A DNA stretch of 64,000 nucleotides, taken from the IMG/VR virus record IMGVR_UViG_3300044991_001301; one strand, given 5' to 3'. The notes beneath the pieces were generated by a model that searched no databases, was not told where the DNA came from, and was given only the letters and a program-made list of their open reading frames with translations. The DNA comes from a virus. Positions 41,408-50,989 of the stretch are shown here, piece by piece (position 1 is the stretch's first letter; each line of letters begins with the position of its first letter). The position numbers were made by a program, and so were the translations under genes.

Positions 41408-43252
41408 ATGGCTGAATCATTAAATTTTCAAGTAGCAGCAGAGGGGTTTGGATCCTTCTTAGAGGGCATATTGCCTGATGATATCGCCACTAGTGCGGGA
41501 GCGTTCTCAGCTTCTATGCAACAAATTAGAAACATTAGGGCAGTTAATTTTGAAAATTTTGCACAGGTAGTGTACTCAATTGAGACTACTAAAGGGCTGG
41601 ATCAGGTTAACGGGACCAATGTTCCTACCAACATACCGCTAGCGGCGGCAGGACACAATTTAACAGCACTGGGTAGCGGTGCCTCCGGCACGTATACGAT
41701 GAGTGACTTTTTTGGTTGTATGTCCGGATTGCCGTATATGTGGCAGGATATTTATTCAGGCATTCAAACGATAGAAACAGCTACGCTATATAACATCTAT
41801 AAACAATTGTATCTAGCAGTTACTTGGGAACTTGCAACCTCCTCAGTACAATATACCGGGCCAGATGGATTTGGCAACTATTCTATATCAGGTATAACTC
41901 TCACTGATTCAGGCGGAGGATATGGGCGAGAAGGTGCATCAGCGCCGACAGTAACTTGTAGTTGGGCATCACCTACGTCTTCTATAGGAACTGATGATAC
42001 AAATATTACTAACTTTGGTAGAGTTACCTCTATCAATGGACTTACTTTTCCGGCTACCTCAGGTTCAGTTCCTACTTTAACAATCGCTTACCCTCCCGGT
42101 ACAGGATCGTTCTCTAATAGTATTGTTCAGGGATACATTGACGCTGCTAATGCAGAAATAGCAGTCATCCGCACCGTACGCCCTATTTTATCATTAGATT
42201 TGAATACTGCGTATGATGCTACAGGGGCGCAATTGTTGATAGAGCAACGGGCTAGGTACGCAAGTCTTCCACCTGTGCCAACTACTACGCGAGATATCTG
42301 GTTGAATTTGTTCCCCACATCAATCTATGTGTTTGTAGATGCCATACCATATCTAGCACTGAACACGTTGCCACATATGACAGCCCAAACACTAGAAGCT
42401 ATTTCTAACCTAACTTTACCGGGTGGACAAAGCATTGTTGCTATGATGCGTCAAGAGCGTAATCAATATAGATTAAGGGCAATAGGGATTGAGTTAGATA
42501 ATAACATCGCCGGCGCGCTTGATCCCATAGTTGAACGGTTGTTGATTGCGAATGGCACGCTGCCTCTAGCACTCAGTGGAATACCTGTAGTGGGTATTAA
42601 CGGTACTCCTGACTCACCGATCACAACTTACACCACACCTAGCATACTTACACAGCTAGACCCTGCAGGGAATGTTATTACTCCGGTACCAATTGGGTAC
42701 GTAGATCCTAACACCGAACTCTTTATGGTTACTAGCCCGATCCCAGGTGGGACTAGTGGTGTTACTGTGCTAGGTCAGCAATCTCCTATAGCAGAAATCC
42801 TCAATACTGCTAGAACAAACGTCGCAGGTATTAATCTATTGGGCCCGGAATTGAATGGTACTGGCCCTGCAAGAGTACCATTCAATGGTGGAGGCACTGG
42901 CGGTGTTGGGCTTCAGCCCGGTGGCGGGAGTATCGGGACTGGCGGTGTTGGGCTTCAGTCCGGTGGCGGGAGTATCGGGACTGAAGGTGTGCCGAGAACT
43001 CAGCCAGGGGTTCCCGTTATCCCTATTGCTGTGGTCAGGGCAGGACCTAGAGTAGCAACAGGCGCCGGCTTGCCAATCGATACAGGAAAAGCAGTAGAGC
43101 CCGGAAGTTTAGCAGGCTCAAAAGCAACAACTCTGTTGCCCGTTACGCTGAATGCGGCTTATACAGCCGCCACACTGCTGCCATCTATTTACACGGTGGC
43201 AGAAGCAATTGATGAAGTAATCAAATGTAATTGTGATTGCTGGGTACAATAG
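41408..43252 (+). CDS. Putative baseplate/virion protein, part 2
   Basis: 614-aa ORF with an ITLTDSGGGY...APTVT module, a 42-bp duplication at 42896-42983 and C-terminal CNCDC. Confidence 0.55.
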   Translation: MAESLNFQVAAEGFGSFLEGILPDDIATSAGAFSASMQQIRNIRAVNFENFAQVVYSIETTKGLDQVNGTNVPTNIPLAAAGHNLTALGSGASGTYTMSDFFGCMSGLPYMWQDIYSGIQTIETATLYNIYKQLYLAVTWELATSSVQYTGPDGFGNYSISGITLTDSGGGYGREGASAPTVTCSWASPTSSIGTDDTNITNFGRVTSINGLTFPATSGSVPTLTIAYPPGTGSFSNSIVQGYIDAANAEIAVIRTVRPILSLDLNTAYDATGAQLLIEQRARYASLPPVPTTTRDIWLNLFPTSIYVFVDAIPYLALNTLPHMTAQTLEAISNLTLPGGQSIVAMMRQERNQYRLRAIGIELDNNIAGALDPIVERLLIANGTLPLALSGIPVVGINGTPDSPITTYTTPSILTQLDPAGNVITPVPIGYVDPNTELFMVTSPIPGGTSGVTVLGQQSPIAEILNTARTNVAGINLLGPELNGTGPARVPFNGGGTGGVGLQPGGGSIGTGGVGLQSGGGSIGTEGVPRTQPGVPVIPIAVVRAGPRVATGAGLPIDTGKAVEPGSLAGSKATTLLPVTLNAAYTAATLLPSIYTVAEAIDEVIKCNCDCWVQ

Positions 43253-43341
43253 GTTACCCTTTTTACTAGCAAACTCATAGCCTTTGTGCTATAATGATTA
43301 GTATGAATTAATACCTGTCATAACCTAAGAAAGGAAGTAAA

Positions 43342-43884
43342 ATGGAATTTTCCATTAAAACAATCAATAGACTTTTTGGTTTATTGTTGATAGCGTTTTT
43401 GTTAAACGCGGTAATTACTTTTAAGTTTGGAACATTAAAAGAAGTTGTAATAGACAAACCAAAATCGTATGTATCATCCACAAATGTGGATAGGACCCTA
43501 GATTGTCTTGCTATGAATATATATAAAGAAGCCGGGCACGAAACATTTGAAGGTAAAGTTGCTGTCGCTCAGGTTACATTGAATAGAGTAGATAGCCCAC
43601 ATTTTCCTAATGATATCTGTGGAGTGGTGTATCAAAAGAATTTTGTTATGGAGAAAGTAATATGCCAATTTAGTTGGTACTGTACTGGAATGCAAAAGGA
43701 TAAACCAATTGACGCTGCTTATAAAGAAAGCTATGCTGTAGCTAAAAAGGTTCTTTTAGAGGGATTTAGACTTGATAGTTTGCGTGATGCTTTATATTAT
43801 CACGCAGTATATGTAAGTCCAGCTTGGCCATACGAGAAAATTACTAAAATCGGAAATCACATTTTTTACAGGAATAAAAAATAA
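43342..43884 (+). CDS. Cell-wall hydrolase (SleB / Hydrolase_2 family) with an N-terminal hydrophobic segment
   Basis: CLAMNIYKEA..E...GKVAVAQVTLNRV..P.FP..IC.VV.Q, CQFSW, ALYYHA, KIGNHIFY. Confidence 0.9.
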   Translation: MEFSIKTINRLFGLLLIAFLLNAVITFKFGTLKEVVIDKPKSYVSSTNVDRTLDCLAMNIYKEAGHETFEGKVAVAQVTLNRVDSPHFPNDICGVVYQKNFVMEKVICQFSWYCTGMQKDKPIDAAYKESYAVAKKVLLEGFRLDSLRDALYYHAVYVSPAWPYEKITKIGNHIFYRNKK

Positions 43885-44207
43885 TGGAACACATTTACAA
43901 CTTTGTCAGCTCGATTGTTACGGCGATCACCGTTTTTATTACCACTAAATTCAGTAAGATATCTGCTGATACACTGGGCTGGCTTACTAACATTTGCCTA
44001 CACGCTGCAACGATTCCCTCTATCTTGGCATTAATGACAGGTCTTACTGACAAGACCCCTTCTGTAGATATTGTGTTGATGTTGTGGGCGGCATTGGGAT
44101 TGCTGTTTTTTAGGGCAGTCTTGCTTAAAGATTTACTAAACATCGTAACGATTGGTGTAGGGTTTATGCTGCAAGCAATGGCATTGGTATTGATTTTCTT
44201 TAAGTAA
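43884..44207 (+). CDS. Small membrane protein (about 3 TM segments), possible holin-like partner
   Basis: Hydrophobic segments; TAATG coupling to the hydrolase gene. Confidence 0.5.
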   Translation: MEHIYNFVSSIVTAITVFITTKFSKISADTLGWLTNICLHAATIPSILALMTGLTDKTPSVDIVLMLWAALGLLFFRAVLLKDLLNIVTIGVGFMLQAMALVLIFFK

Positions 44208-44216
44208 GAGAACAAA

Positions 44217-44783
44217 TTGGGTGATCTTTCTATCAGTCCAGAACGACATAGTTTTCTAATAAACCACGCTATTGCCAGGGCTGAAGAAAAGAGCGATAAT
44301 ACTGCTATTGATGTAATCACAATGTGGGAGAAAATGATAATGGACACCAGACAAAAAGAACAAGAACCTGACTGGCAAAAAAATAACATGGAAAATGATC
44401 TCCGCAGCACTGAATGGATTCTTGAAAAAACAAGAACAAGTAATTCATATGCACAAAATCTGTATGCGGCAATGTGTAATCGAGAATTTGTACAAAATGC
44501 TGTATGGCCTTTACTTAAAGATCAACGCTGGAGTTGCTCGTGGCGCTCGGCTGGCGGAATCATTGCCGATATGCAAGAAAAGGGTGACTACGTTGACTGG
44601 TATTGTTCAGGTATCAGGGATACTTCCAAGGCAATCGATGATGAACAATTTTCCTTGATGAGTAAAGAACAACAAGAGCATTATATAACAACGATGAAAT
44701 ATGTTGGTGAAGGAACCGTCACTGATGAAATTAAAGCTGATTTGTTGACATTGGGATGGATAGTTCTAGACGATGACGACTAA
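44217..44783 (+). CDS. Conserved hypothetical phage protein
   Basis: ORF with YAQNLYAAMCN, WSCSWRSAGG and DWYCSG. True start is uncertain. Confidence 0.6.
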   Translation: MGDLSISPERHSFLINHAIARAEEKSDNTAIDVITMWEKMIMDTRQKEQEPDWQKNNMENDLRSTEWILEKTRTSNSYAQNLYAAMCNREFVQNAVWPLLKDQRWSCSWRSAGGIIADMQEKGDYVDWYCSGIRDTSKAIDDEQFSLMSKEQQEHYITTMKYVGEGTVTDEIKADLLTLGWIVLDDDD

Positions 44784-44839
44784 AATAAGTACAGTGGTTA
44801 GTGTTTAAATCATAAATACAGTGATAAAGGAATACTAGT

Positions 44840-45220
44840 ATGAGTTATTCAGCCGCAGTAATTGATCATTATGAAAATCCACGTAATGTTGGCAGTTTCA
44901 CAACAGGTGATGCAGATGTCGGCACCGGAATGGTGGGTGCCCCTGCCTGTGGTGATGTGATGAAGTTACAAATAAAAGTAGATCCAATCACAGGAGTTAT
45001 AAAAGATGCTAAATTTAAAACGTATGGGTGCGGGTCAGCAATTGCTTCATCAAGTCTCGTTACTGAATGGCTTAAAGGCAAGTCGCTTGACGAAGCAGCA
45101 ACAATTAGAAACACACACATCGCAGAAGAACTTGCCCTCCCACCAGTCAAAATCCACTGCTCAATCCTCGCCGAAGACGCCATAAAGGCTGCGATAGCAG
45201 ATTATAGATCAAAGCATTAA
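44840..45220 (+). CDS. iscU: Fe-S cluster assembly scaffold IscU
   Basis: DHYENPRNVG, GAPACGDVMKL, FKTYGCGSAIASSS and LPPVKIHCSILAEDA; three Cys ligands and the HscA-binding LPPVK motif are intact. Confidence 0.97.
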   Translation: MSYSAAVIDHYENPRNVGSFTTGDADVGTGMVGAPACGDVMKLQIKVDPITGVIKDAKFKTYGCGSAIASSSLVTEWLKGKSLDEAATIRNTHIAEELALPPVKIHCSILAEDAIKAAIADYRSKH

Positions 45221-45223
45221 GGT

Positions 45224-45694
45224 ATGAATAAAGTATACATTTTAGTAGGTGTGCCGGCCTCAGGTAAAAGCACATGGTGCCACACACAACAATTTGATTG
45301 GGGTAACACTATCATAGCAAGTACTGATACCTATGTCGAAGCCTATGCTACTAAAATTGGTAAACCATACAGTGATGTATTTGAAGGGATAATGCCCACT
45401 GCTGTCAATCATATGGTGGATACTGTGTTGTGGGCTGTAAACAGGCAGTATGACATTATTTGGGATCAAACAAGTACCACAGTGCTGTCTAGGGCAAAAA
45501 AATTGCGTATGCTACCCAGTAGATATGAAAAAATAGCGGTAGTGTTCACTACACCTGAACCAGATGAGTTGCTGATCAGATTAGCTAGTAGGCCCGAAAA
45601 AGTGATCCCGGATACTGTAATACAAACAATGATTAGTAAGTGGGAAGAACCTTCTATCGATGAAGGATTCGATAAAATTATATATGTGAGTTGA
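45224..45694 (+). CDS. P-loop kinase (AAA_33 / polynucleotide-kinase-like)
   Basis: GVPASGKST Walker A, IIWDQT, and EPSIDEGFD. Confidence 0.85.
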   Translation: MNKVYILVGVPASGKSTWCHTQQFDWGNTIIASTDTYVEAYATKIGKPYSDVFEGIMPTAVNHMVDTVLWAVNRQYDIIWDQTSTTVLSRAKKLRMLPSRYEKIAVVFTTPEPDELLIRLASRPEKVIPDTVIQTMISKWEEPSIDEGFDKIIYVS

Positions 45695-45695
45695 A

Positions 45696-46016
45696 ATGAG
45701 CGCAGAACAAGACAAAATCAAACATAGTAGAAGACTACTCAAAGATGACAACACCGTTGTCAAACAATTAAAAATTGCCAAAGCAACTGGCGCCGTCCAG
45801 CAAAAACTTCTAGACCAGCCACACCGTTTAGCTAAACATCACGCTATGGATTGTGGTAATCCTGGATGCGGCATATGTGGTAATCCACGACATTTACACA
45901 AAGATGGACTAACGCTGCAAGAACGCCGTATGTTTCAAGAGGTAGATGACGTTAGAAAAAATCACAGCAATGGTATCTTACCGCCCACTGAGCCCGAATC
46001 TAAGGAAATACTATGA
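45696..46016 (+). CDS. Hypothetical protein with an H/C-rich putative Zn motif
   Basis: HHAMDCGNPGCGICGNPR. Confidence 0.6.
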   Translation: MSAEQDKIKHSRRLLKDDNTVVKQLKIAKATGAVQQKLLDQPHRLAKHHAMDCGNPGCGICGNPRHLHKDGLTLQERRMFQEVDDVRKNHSNGILPPTEPESKEIL

Positions 46017-46534
46017 ATTGGGTAGATGATGTAAGAAGCAGCTTGCCAGCACACGTGAGTGATCTTAGTCAGCTTATAGATTCCGCGATCAATCACAGTG
46101 CGTTGGATCCAATAGATTCTCACGCTTGTGCGTTAGTAGCAGCTATTAGTAATAGCAACGGTGAATTGGCGTATGAGATTCAGCATAACAGTGTCTTGGT
46201 CGGCAAACCAGAACGCAAAGCTGCGAAAATAGCAGCAGCTAACGAAAGTGTTAATAGTGTTTGGTTTAACTATGTTGAAATGGCGGAAGATGATACCATG
46301 CGACTGCTATCGTCTGGTATGATTCTTGATGCATATAACGACCAGTCACTGCAGGCTGTGTCTACTAAGAAATTTACAATGTATTCATTATGTGCCAGCA
46401 TTATAAGTAAGTCACCCTCTAGAGTGAAACAGCATTATCAGCAATTACAATCAGACGGGGTACCCTTACAAGAACTGATGGCTATCGGACTTATCGCAGC
46501 AGCAGTAACTGCTATCGGTAAAGTGGCGGTGTAA
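46013..46534 (+). CDS. AhpD/CMD-family protein lacking the catalytic CxxC
   Basis: W..YVEMA.D...LDAY...KKFTMYSLCASII.K....VK.HY..L...G resembles proteobacterial AhpD, but SPSR sits where CxxC is expected. Confidence 0.7.
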   Translation: MNWVDDVRSSLPAHVSDLSQLIDSAINHSALDPIDSHACALVAAISNSNGELAYEIQHNSVLVGKPERKAAKIAAANESVNSVWFNYVEMAEDDTMRLLSSGMILDAYNDQSLQAVSTKKFTMYSLCASIISKSPSRVKQHYQQLQSDGVPLQELMAIGLIAAAVTAIGKVAV

Positions 46535-46554
46535 AGTATCCGCCGGGCGGTGTA

Positions 46555-47103
46555 ATGCAATTACATCAGATTCACGATGCATCTAACGAGGTTGTAATGA
46601 AAATGTTACAAACCTCTCTGGCAGGAATAACGGATGCAAATCTGTTTACTAATTATCATCCGGATCACTCCCGCGATCCCGCTAATATTTTTTATATTTT
46701 GAATGATTCCACCGGCCGATACCTGAAAGGTTGCTACTATGTGTTAGAAGATAATGGTGAATACGTGTGCAGTGCCGGGTACAATGAATATGACTTAGAT
46801 CATACTGTAGCACTTGCCCTTACTAGAGCCTATATAATGCCAAAATACCGTACTAAATACTTTATGGCAGAATATATACTGCCTAAAATTATTGAAAATA
46901 CCACTCACTATCAGCACCTGTATATCACTGCTAACTCATATAATAGTGCAATATATCAATGGTTCATTAGAGCACACGAAGGTAAACGCACAGTTATGTT
47001 CAATGATTGGCCTGATATCTATAGAAAGTTCAAACCGATTGGGAAAAAGAATATATACTATACAGAGCAGTATGTGATTGAATTAGATAGGACTACTTTA
47101 TGA
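46555..47103 (+). CDS. GNAT-like acyltransferase
   Basis: YYVLEDNGEYVCSAG...LTRAYIMPKYR is a GNAT beta3-beta4 / motif A-like pattern; directly upstream of ACP. Confidence 0.55.
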   Translation: MQLHQIHDASNEVVMKMLQTSLAGITDANLFTNYHPDHSRDPANIFYILNDSTGRYLKGCYYVLEDNGEYVCSAGYNEYDLDHTVALALTRAYIMPKYRTKYFMAEYILPKIIENTTHYQHLYITANSYNSAIYQWFIRAHEGKRTVMFNDWPDIYRKFKPIGKKNIYYTEQYVIELDRTTL

Positions 47104-47318
47104 CAGACCAAGAAAAAATTAAATTTATTGAAGAGTATGTATTACAAATCTTTAAGAAAAATATTACATTGTCTCCGACGGATGTTCTATTAGATATCGG
47201 CCTAGATTCATTGGATGTTGTAGAGTTGCAGATTTATTATGAAGAAATAACCTCTACTGAAATAACCAACGAAGCTACTGTAAGCACTATCGGTGATCTG
47301 ATGGCTATTATGGCATGA
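47100..47318 (+). CDS. Acyl carrier protein
   Basis: 72 aa, acidic, with the LDIGLDSLDVVEL phosphopantetheine-attachment motif and C-terminal TIGDL. Confidence 0.9.
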   Translation: MTDQEKIKFIEEYVLQIFKKNITLSPTDVLLDIGLDSLDVVELQIYYEEITSTEITNEATVSTIGDLMAIMA

Positions 47319-48256
47319 ATTTCACATTAAACAATCACCTAAGGTACACCATTGGTGATAGACAATTTGGTATACGAGAGTATCCATATGAAAAATTTAA
47401 AGTATCTATTGGTAAAATAGATTTAGACTATTATAGAACAAGCAATTGGCTACAAGAGCAATATAGAGTTGCAGAGATAATAAGTAAAGAATACGGTAAC
47501 GATTTTGTAGTAATGTTCAGCGGTGGTACCGATAGTGAAATAGTGCTAAGGGCATTCAAACATATCGGGATAATTCCTAGAGTTGTTTTCATTAAATTTA
47601 CCAATGATTATAATGTAGATGATTTCATAATGGCTAAGCGGATTACGGATGACTTGGGATTGAGATTAGAATCTATTGACTTTGATGTAAAAGAGTTTTA
47701 TCACAGTGGGCAAGCATATGAATTTGCTGCCGATATTCAATGCAGACAAATGGCATATCTCACAGTGTATCATCATATTCGAAAAATGCAATTACCTGCA
47801 GTTATGGGAGGTGAAATGATGCTACGTAGACATACATCGCCAGTTGGCGGCAAATGGTATTATTGTTTCAGAGAAAATGAAGATGCCAGTGCAATGCGAT
47901 TTAGTTTAAAATTTAATGTGCCGTTAGTGAATGAATGGTTTAGCTACACACCGGAAATGATGGGGTATTATTTGGCTCATCCTAAAATTCAATGGTTAAT
48001 TACAGATCGATTTAACTACAAGACATCTAGTGTTAGCACTAAAAATGAAGTGCTTGCTGAGCTAATGCCTTCTATCTTAGATAAAGTAAAAACACATGGC
48101 TATGAAAAATTGATGGGTTTTAATGGTGAAACGTATAACACCTTGTATCTCAGTCACATGAAAAGATTAGAATCTAGTTTAGACGGAATCTTTATTGATG
48201 AAGTTTATACTCAACTATTTGGAGAAAAGTATGCCGGTTGTAAAATTAACCAGTGA
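47315..48256 (+). CDS. PP-loop (adenine nucleotide alpha-hydrolase / AsnB-synthetase-like) ATPase 1
   Basis: VMFSGGTDSEIV motif. Confidence 0.75.
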   Translation: MNFTLNNHLRYTIGDRQFGIREYPYEKFKVSIGKIDLDYYRTSNWLQEQYRVAEIISKEYGNDFVVMFSGGTDSEIVLRAFKHIGIIPRVVFIKFTNDYNVDDFIMAKRITDDLGLRLESIDFDVKEFYHSGQAYEFAADIQCRQMAYLTVYHHIRKMQLPAVMGGEMMLRRHTSPVGGKWYYCFRENEDASAMRFSLKFNVPLVNEWFSYTPEMMGYYLAHPKIQWLITDRFNYKTSSVSTKNEVLAELMPSILDKVKTHGYEKLMGFNGETYNTLYLSHMKRLESSLDGIFIDEVYTQLFGEKYAGCKINQ

Positions 48257-48821
48257 ACATACGATTGCAGTTAGGAACATTTTTAATCACTCAAAATATA
48301 TGGGTGTTGACAGTGCTAAAATATATCAAGTTGAAAACACGGGGTTGAATGCGTTAACTTATGACATATTTTGTGCCAACTATTTAAGCGATCTTAATAA
48401 TTATCATTCATTTGGATATGTTGAAGATGGAATAGTAAAAGCTTTAATATCATTCTATGAGAGTGTCGAGGAACCAAGTTGGTTCTATACTTTATATAGA
48501 AGCACCGGCAACAACAACTTATTAAGAGAAGTGTTAGATGAAGTTATAAAATACAATGAGTCTAATGGTAGATTGAAGTTTTACACATTGACACATAGCA
48601 AACACACTAAGTTGCTACGTCGATTCCATTGGAGTAAGTACAATAATACTCGTTATGGATATTTTGATGAGTACGTAGTACCGGCGAAAAATAAATGTTT
48701 CTATATAAATGCTTGGGAATTATTATATAAGAGATTATTATTGCCGGATGATTCGATAGTAAGATGTAATTATTTACACCAAGAATACAGACAACCGTTA
48801 ATGCTAGGCGGCAATTTATGA
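48231..48821 (+). CDS. GNAT-fold-like hypothetical protein (paralogue of 51661-52284)
   Basis: SD ggag before MPVVKLT; shares FGYVEDG/YGCYDNN, PSWFY/PIWIF and IKYNE..G.LKFY/IKYAE..EYFEFY with its paralogue. Confidence 0.5.
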   Translation: MPVVKLTSEHTIAVRNIFNHSKYMGVDSAKIYQVENTGLNALTYDIFCANYLSDLNNYHSFGYVEDGIVKALISFYESVEEPSWFYTLYRSTGNNNLLREVLDEVIKYNESNGRLKFYTLTHSKHTKLLRRFHWSKYNNTRYGYFDEYVVPAKNKCFYINAWELLYKRLLLPDDSIVRCNYLHQEYRQPLMLGGNL

Positions 48822-49615
48822 AATATCTTACTTCAGTATCTAAATCATTTTGGTTTCAATTTGTTCCAGCCTGGATTTTTGGTCTGGCTACCATTGTGAT
48901 GCTCATTTCCGGAATTATCCCGATATACTACCTCTGCGCAACATTCATTATGTGGGTGTTAGTATGTGGGTTAGGAATCGCTGTAGGGTATCATAGGGTA
49001 TTCAGTCATAAAACACATCAAATTCCAAGATGGAAAGAAAATGTTATTCTACTATTTGCGACATTTGCAGGACAAGGTGGTAGCATATTTTGGACAGCAA
49101 TGCATCGAGGATATCATCATCCACATTCGGATACAAAAAAAGATATTCATAGTCCAGTAGCATACGACAAGAAAACTGCCTTTGTGGGATGGTATTTTAA
49201 AGTTACCGAAAAAAACAGTCCCATTAATATCAAGTATGCGGTTGATTTACTACGGAAATCAAATCATCTCTTCTTTCACAAATATAGTATTACCATATTA
49301 TGGGGAGTTCCGGCTATCGTCGCATTATTTGATTGGAAATTAGCACTGAGTGCATTTTGGTTAGTAACCTTAATAGGATCAACACAAGATAACTTGGTCA
49401 ATGTATTTGGTCACGTTAGGGGTTGGTTTGGGTATAGAAATTTTGAAACAAAAGACCAATCACAAAACAATCCATTCTTGGGATATCTGGCATGGGGTCA
49501 AGGTTGGCATAATAATCATCACTATGCACCGGCAGAATATGATTTTGGCTCTGGAATAAGTGGCAAATGGTGGGAATTTGACCCGTGCAACATTTTTAGA
49601 CCATTCTTAAAATGA
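48818..49615 (+). CDS. Membrane fatty-acid desaturase 1 (Delta9/DesC-OLE1 family)
   Basis: His boxes HRVFSH, HRGYHH and WHNNHH; TM helices; WWEFDP. Confidence 0.93.
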   Translation: MKYLTSVSKSFWFQFVPAWIFGLATIVMLISGIIPIYYLCATFIMWVLVCGLGIAVGYHRVFSHKTHQIPRWKENVILLFATFAGQGGSIFWTAMHRGYHHPHSDTKKDIHSPVAYDKKTAFVGWYFKVTEKNSPINIKYAVDLLRKSNHLFFHKYSITILWGVPAIVALFDWKLALSAFWLVTLIGSTQDNLVNVFGHVRGWFGYRNFETKDQSQNNPFLGYLAWGQGWHNNHHYAPAEYDFGSGISGKWWEFDPCNIFRPFLK

Positions 49616-50169
49616 CTACTTATTATAAAAAGGTCAATTTAAATATAGGGCAAGACCTTGATTTAGACAAACTTAAAGGGCAGATGCTTTTTGAGTATGG
49701 ATACACACCGTATGGATACACATTTGTGATGTTTCAGATAGCTGATCTAACATATTTAAACAACATTTTTGCATCGGTTTTTAAGATACCGCCGAAATAT
49801 ATCCATCTAGTACAGGTAAATGCTCAAATACGACCGCACATAGATGATCACACTCTAACTAGTATGAATTATTATATTAAACCTCATGGCTTGGCAACCA
49901 ATTTTTGGCAACCAAAGGAAAATGCTAGACGCCTAAGTCAGGTAAAATATAATTACGGTAGTTCTCAATATGAAGCGACAACATTGGGGTATGTAAGAGC
50001 TGATTTAACATTAGTAGATACTTTTACTGCAATTGAAAATGAAGCGTATTTTTTAAATACAAGCGAAATTCATTCAGTCGATGGACGACTACACAACGCT
50101 AAAAGAACAATACTGCAATTTCAATGGGATATTCCAATGGATAATTTGATAGAAAAACTAGGATTTTAG
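49612..50169 (+). CDS. Putative 2OG-Fe(II)/cupin oxygenase (paralogue of 61520-62029)
   Basis: HxD (PHID), distal His (IHSV) and a following Arg (KRTILQ). Confidence 0.55.
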   Translation: MTTYYKKVNLNIGQDLDLDKLKGQMLFEYGYTPYGYTFVMFQIADLTYLNNIFASVFKIPPKYIHLVQVNAQIRPHIDDHTLTSMNYYIKPHGLATNFWQPKENARRLSQVKYNYGSSQYEATTLGYVRADLTLVDTFTAIENEAYFLNTSEIHSVDGRLHNAKRTILQFQWDIPMDNLIEKLGF

Positions 50170-50170
50170 A

Positions 50171-50989
50171 ATGAAAATTACTAAATTAACACATACTATT
50201 GGTGCAGAAATATCGGGAATCGATCTGGCTAATCCGCTAACTGTGCAGCAAAACGCAGATTTAAAAAATGCACTGCTGGAGAATCACGTGCTATTTTTCA
50301 GAGATCAACAACTGGCGCCTGAATATTTACCAACCGTAATACGGCAATTCGGTGATATTTTTTTACATACTACACAACCTAAATACAATAACAATCATCT
50401 TATTGGACATTTCGTTGCAGATGAGAATACTACATTTCTCACTGTAGAGGGTAGAGTACTACACGCAGATCGGACTTCTGTAAAACATCCACCGCGTACT
50501 TCTATGTTGTATGTGACAGAATGTCCGGACGTCGGTGGTGACACTGTATTTGTTAATACTGTTGCAGCTTACGAATCATTAAGTGACACTGAAAAGCTAA
50601 TAATGGCACCATTGTATGCCATGCATATGTCGCCTGGCGCAAGCCGCGCAAAAATGGTATGGCCCCCTACATCATCGGTTGACCAAATGGGTCGGCCGCA
50701 ATGTGCTTCCCATCCAATCATTGCTACTATACCTGAAACAGGAAAAAAGTTCATAAATGTTAATGAAGGATTTACTATAGGAATCCCAGAGCTTTCAGTA
50801 GTAGAAAGTAATCATATTTTGTCAAAGCTTTTTTATACTATACTTAATCCTCGATTCTCTTGCAGATTTAAATGGACACCTAATACGATTGCATGGTGGG
50901 ATAATTTTGGCACACAGCATCAAGCAATATGGGATTACCATCCTAGTACTAGAGTAGGATTTCGAGTTCTTTCTGCAAATCTTTATTGA
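50171..50989 (+). CDS. TauD/TfdA-family Fe(II)/2-oxoglutarate dioxygenase
   Basis: IGAEISGIDL, HVLFFRDQ, HAD, GGDTVF, HP...PETG.K, WDN..TQH.A..DY...R. Confidence 0.92.
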   Translation: MKITKLTHTIGAEISGIDLANPLTVQQNADLKNALLENHVLFFRDQQLAPEYLPTVIRQFGDIFLHTTQPKYNNNHLIGHFVADENTTFLTVEGRVLHADRTSVKHPPRTSMLYVTECPDVGGDTVFVNTVAAYESLSDTEKLIMAPLYAMHMSPGASRAKMVWPPTSSVDQMGRPQCASHPIIATIPETGKKFINVNEGFTIGIPELSVVESNHILSKLFYTILNPRFSCRFKWTPNTIAWWDNFGTQHQAIWDYHPSTRVGFRVLSANLY

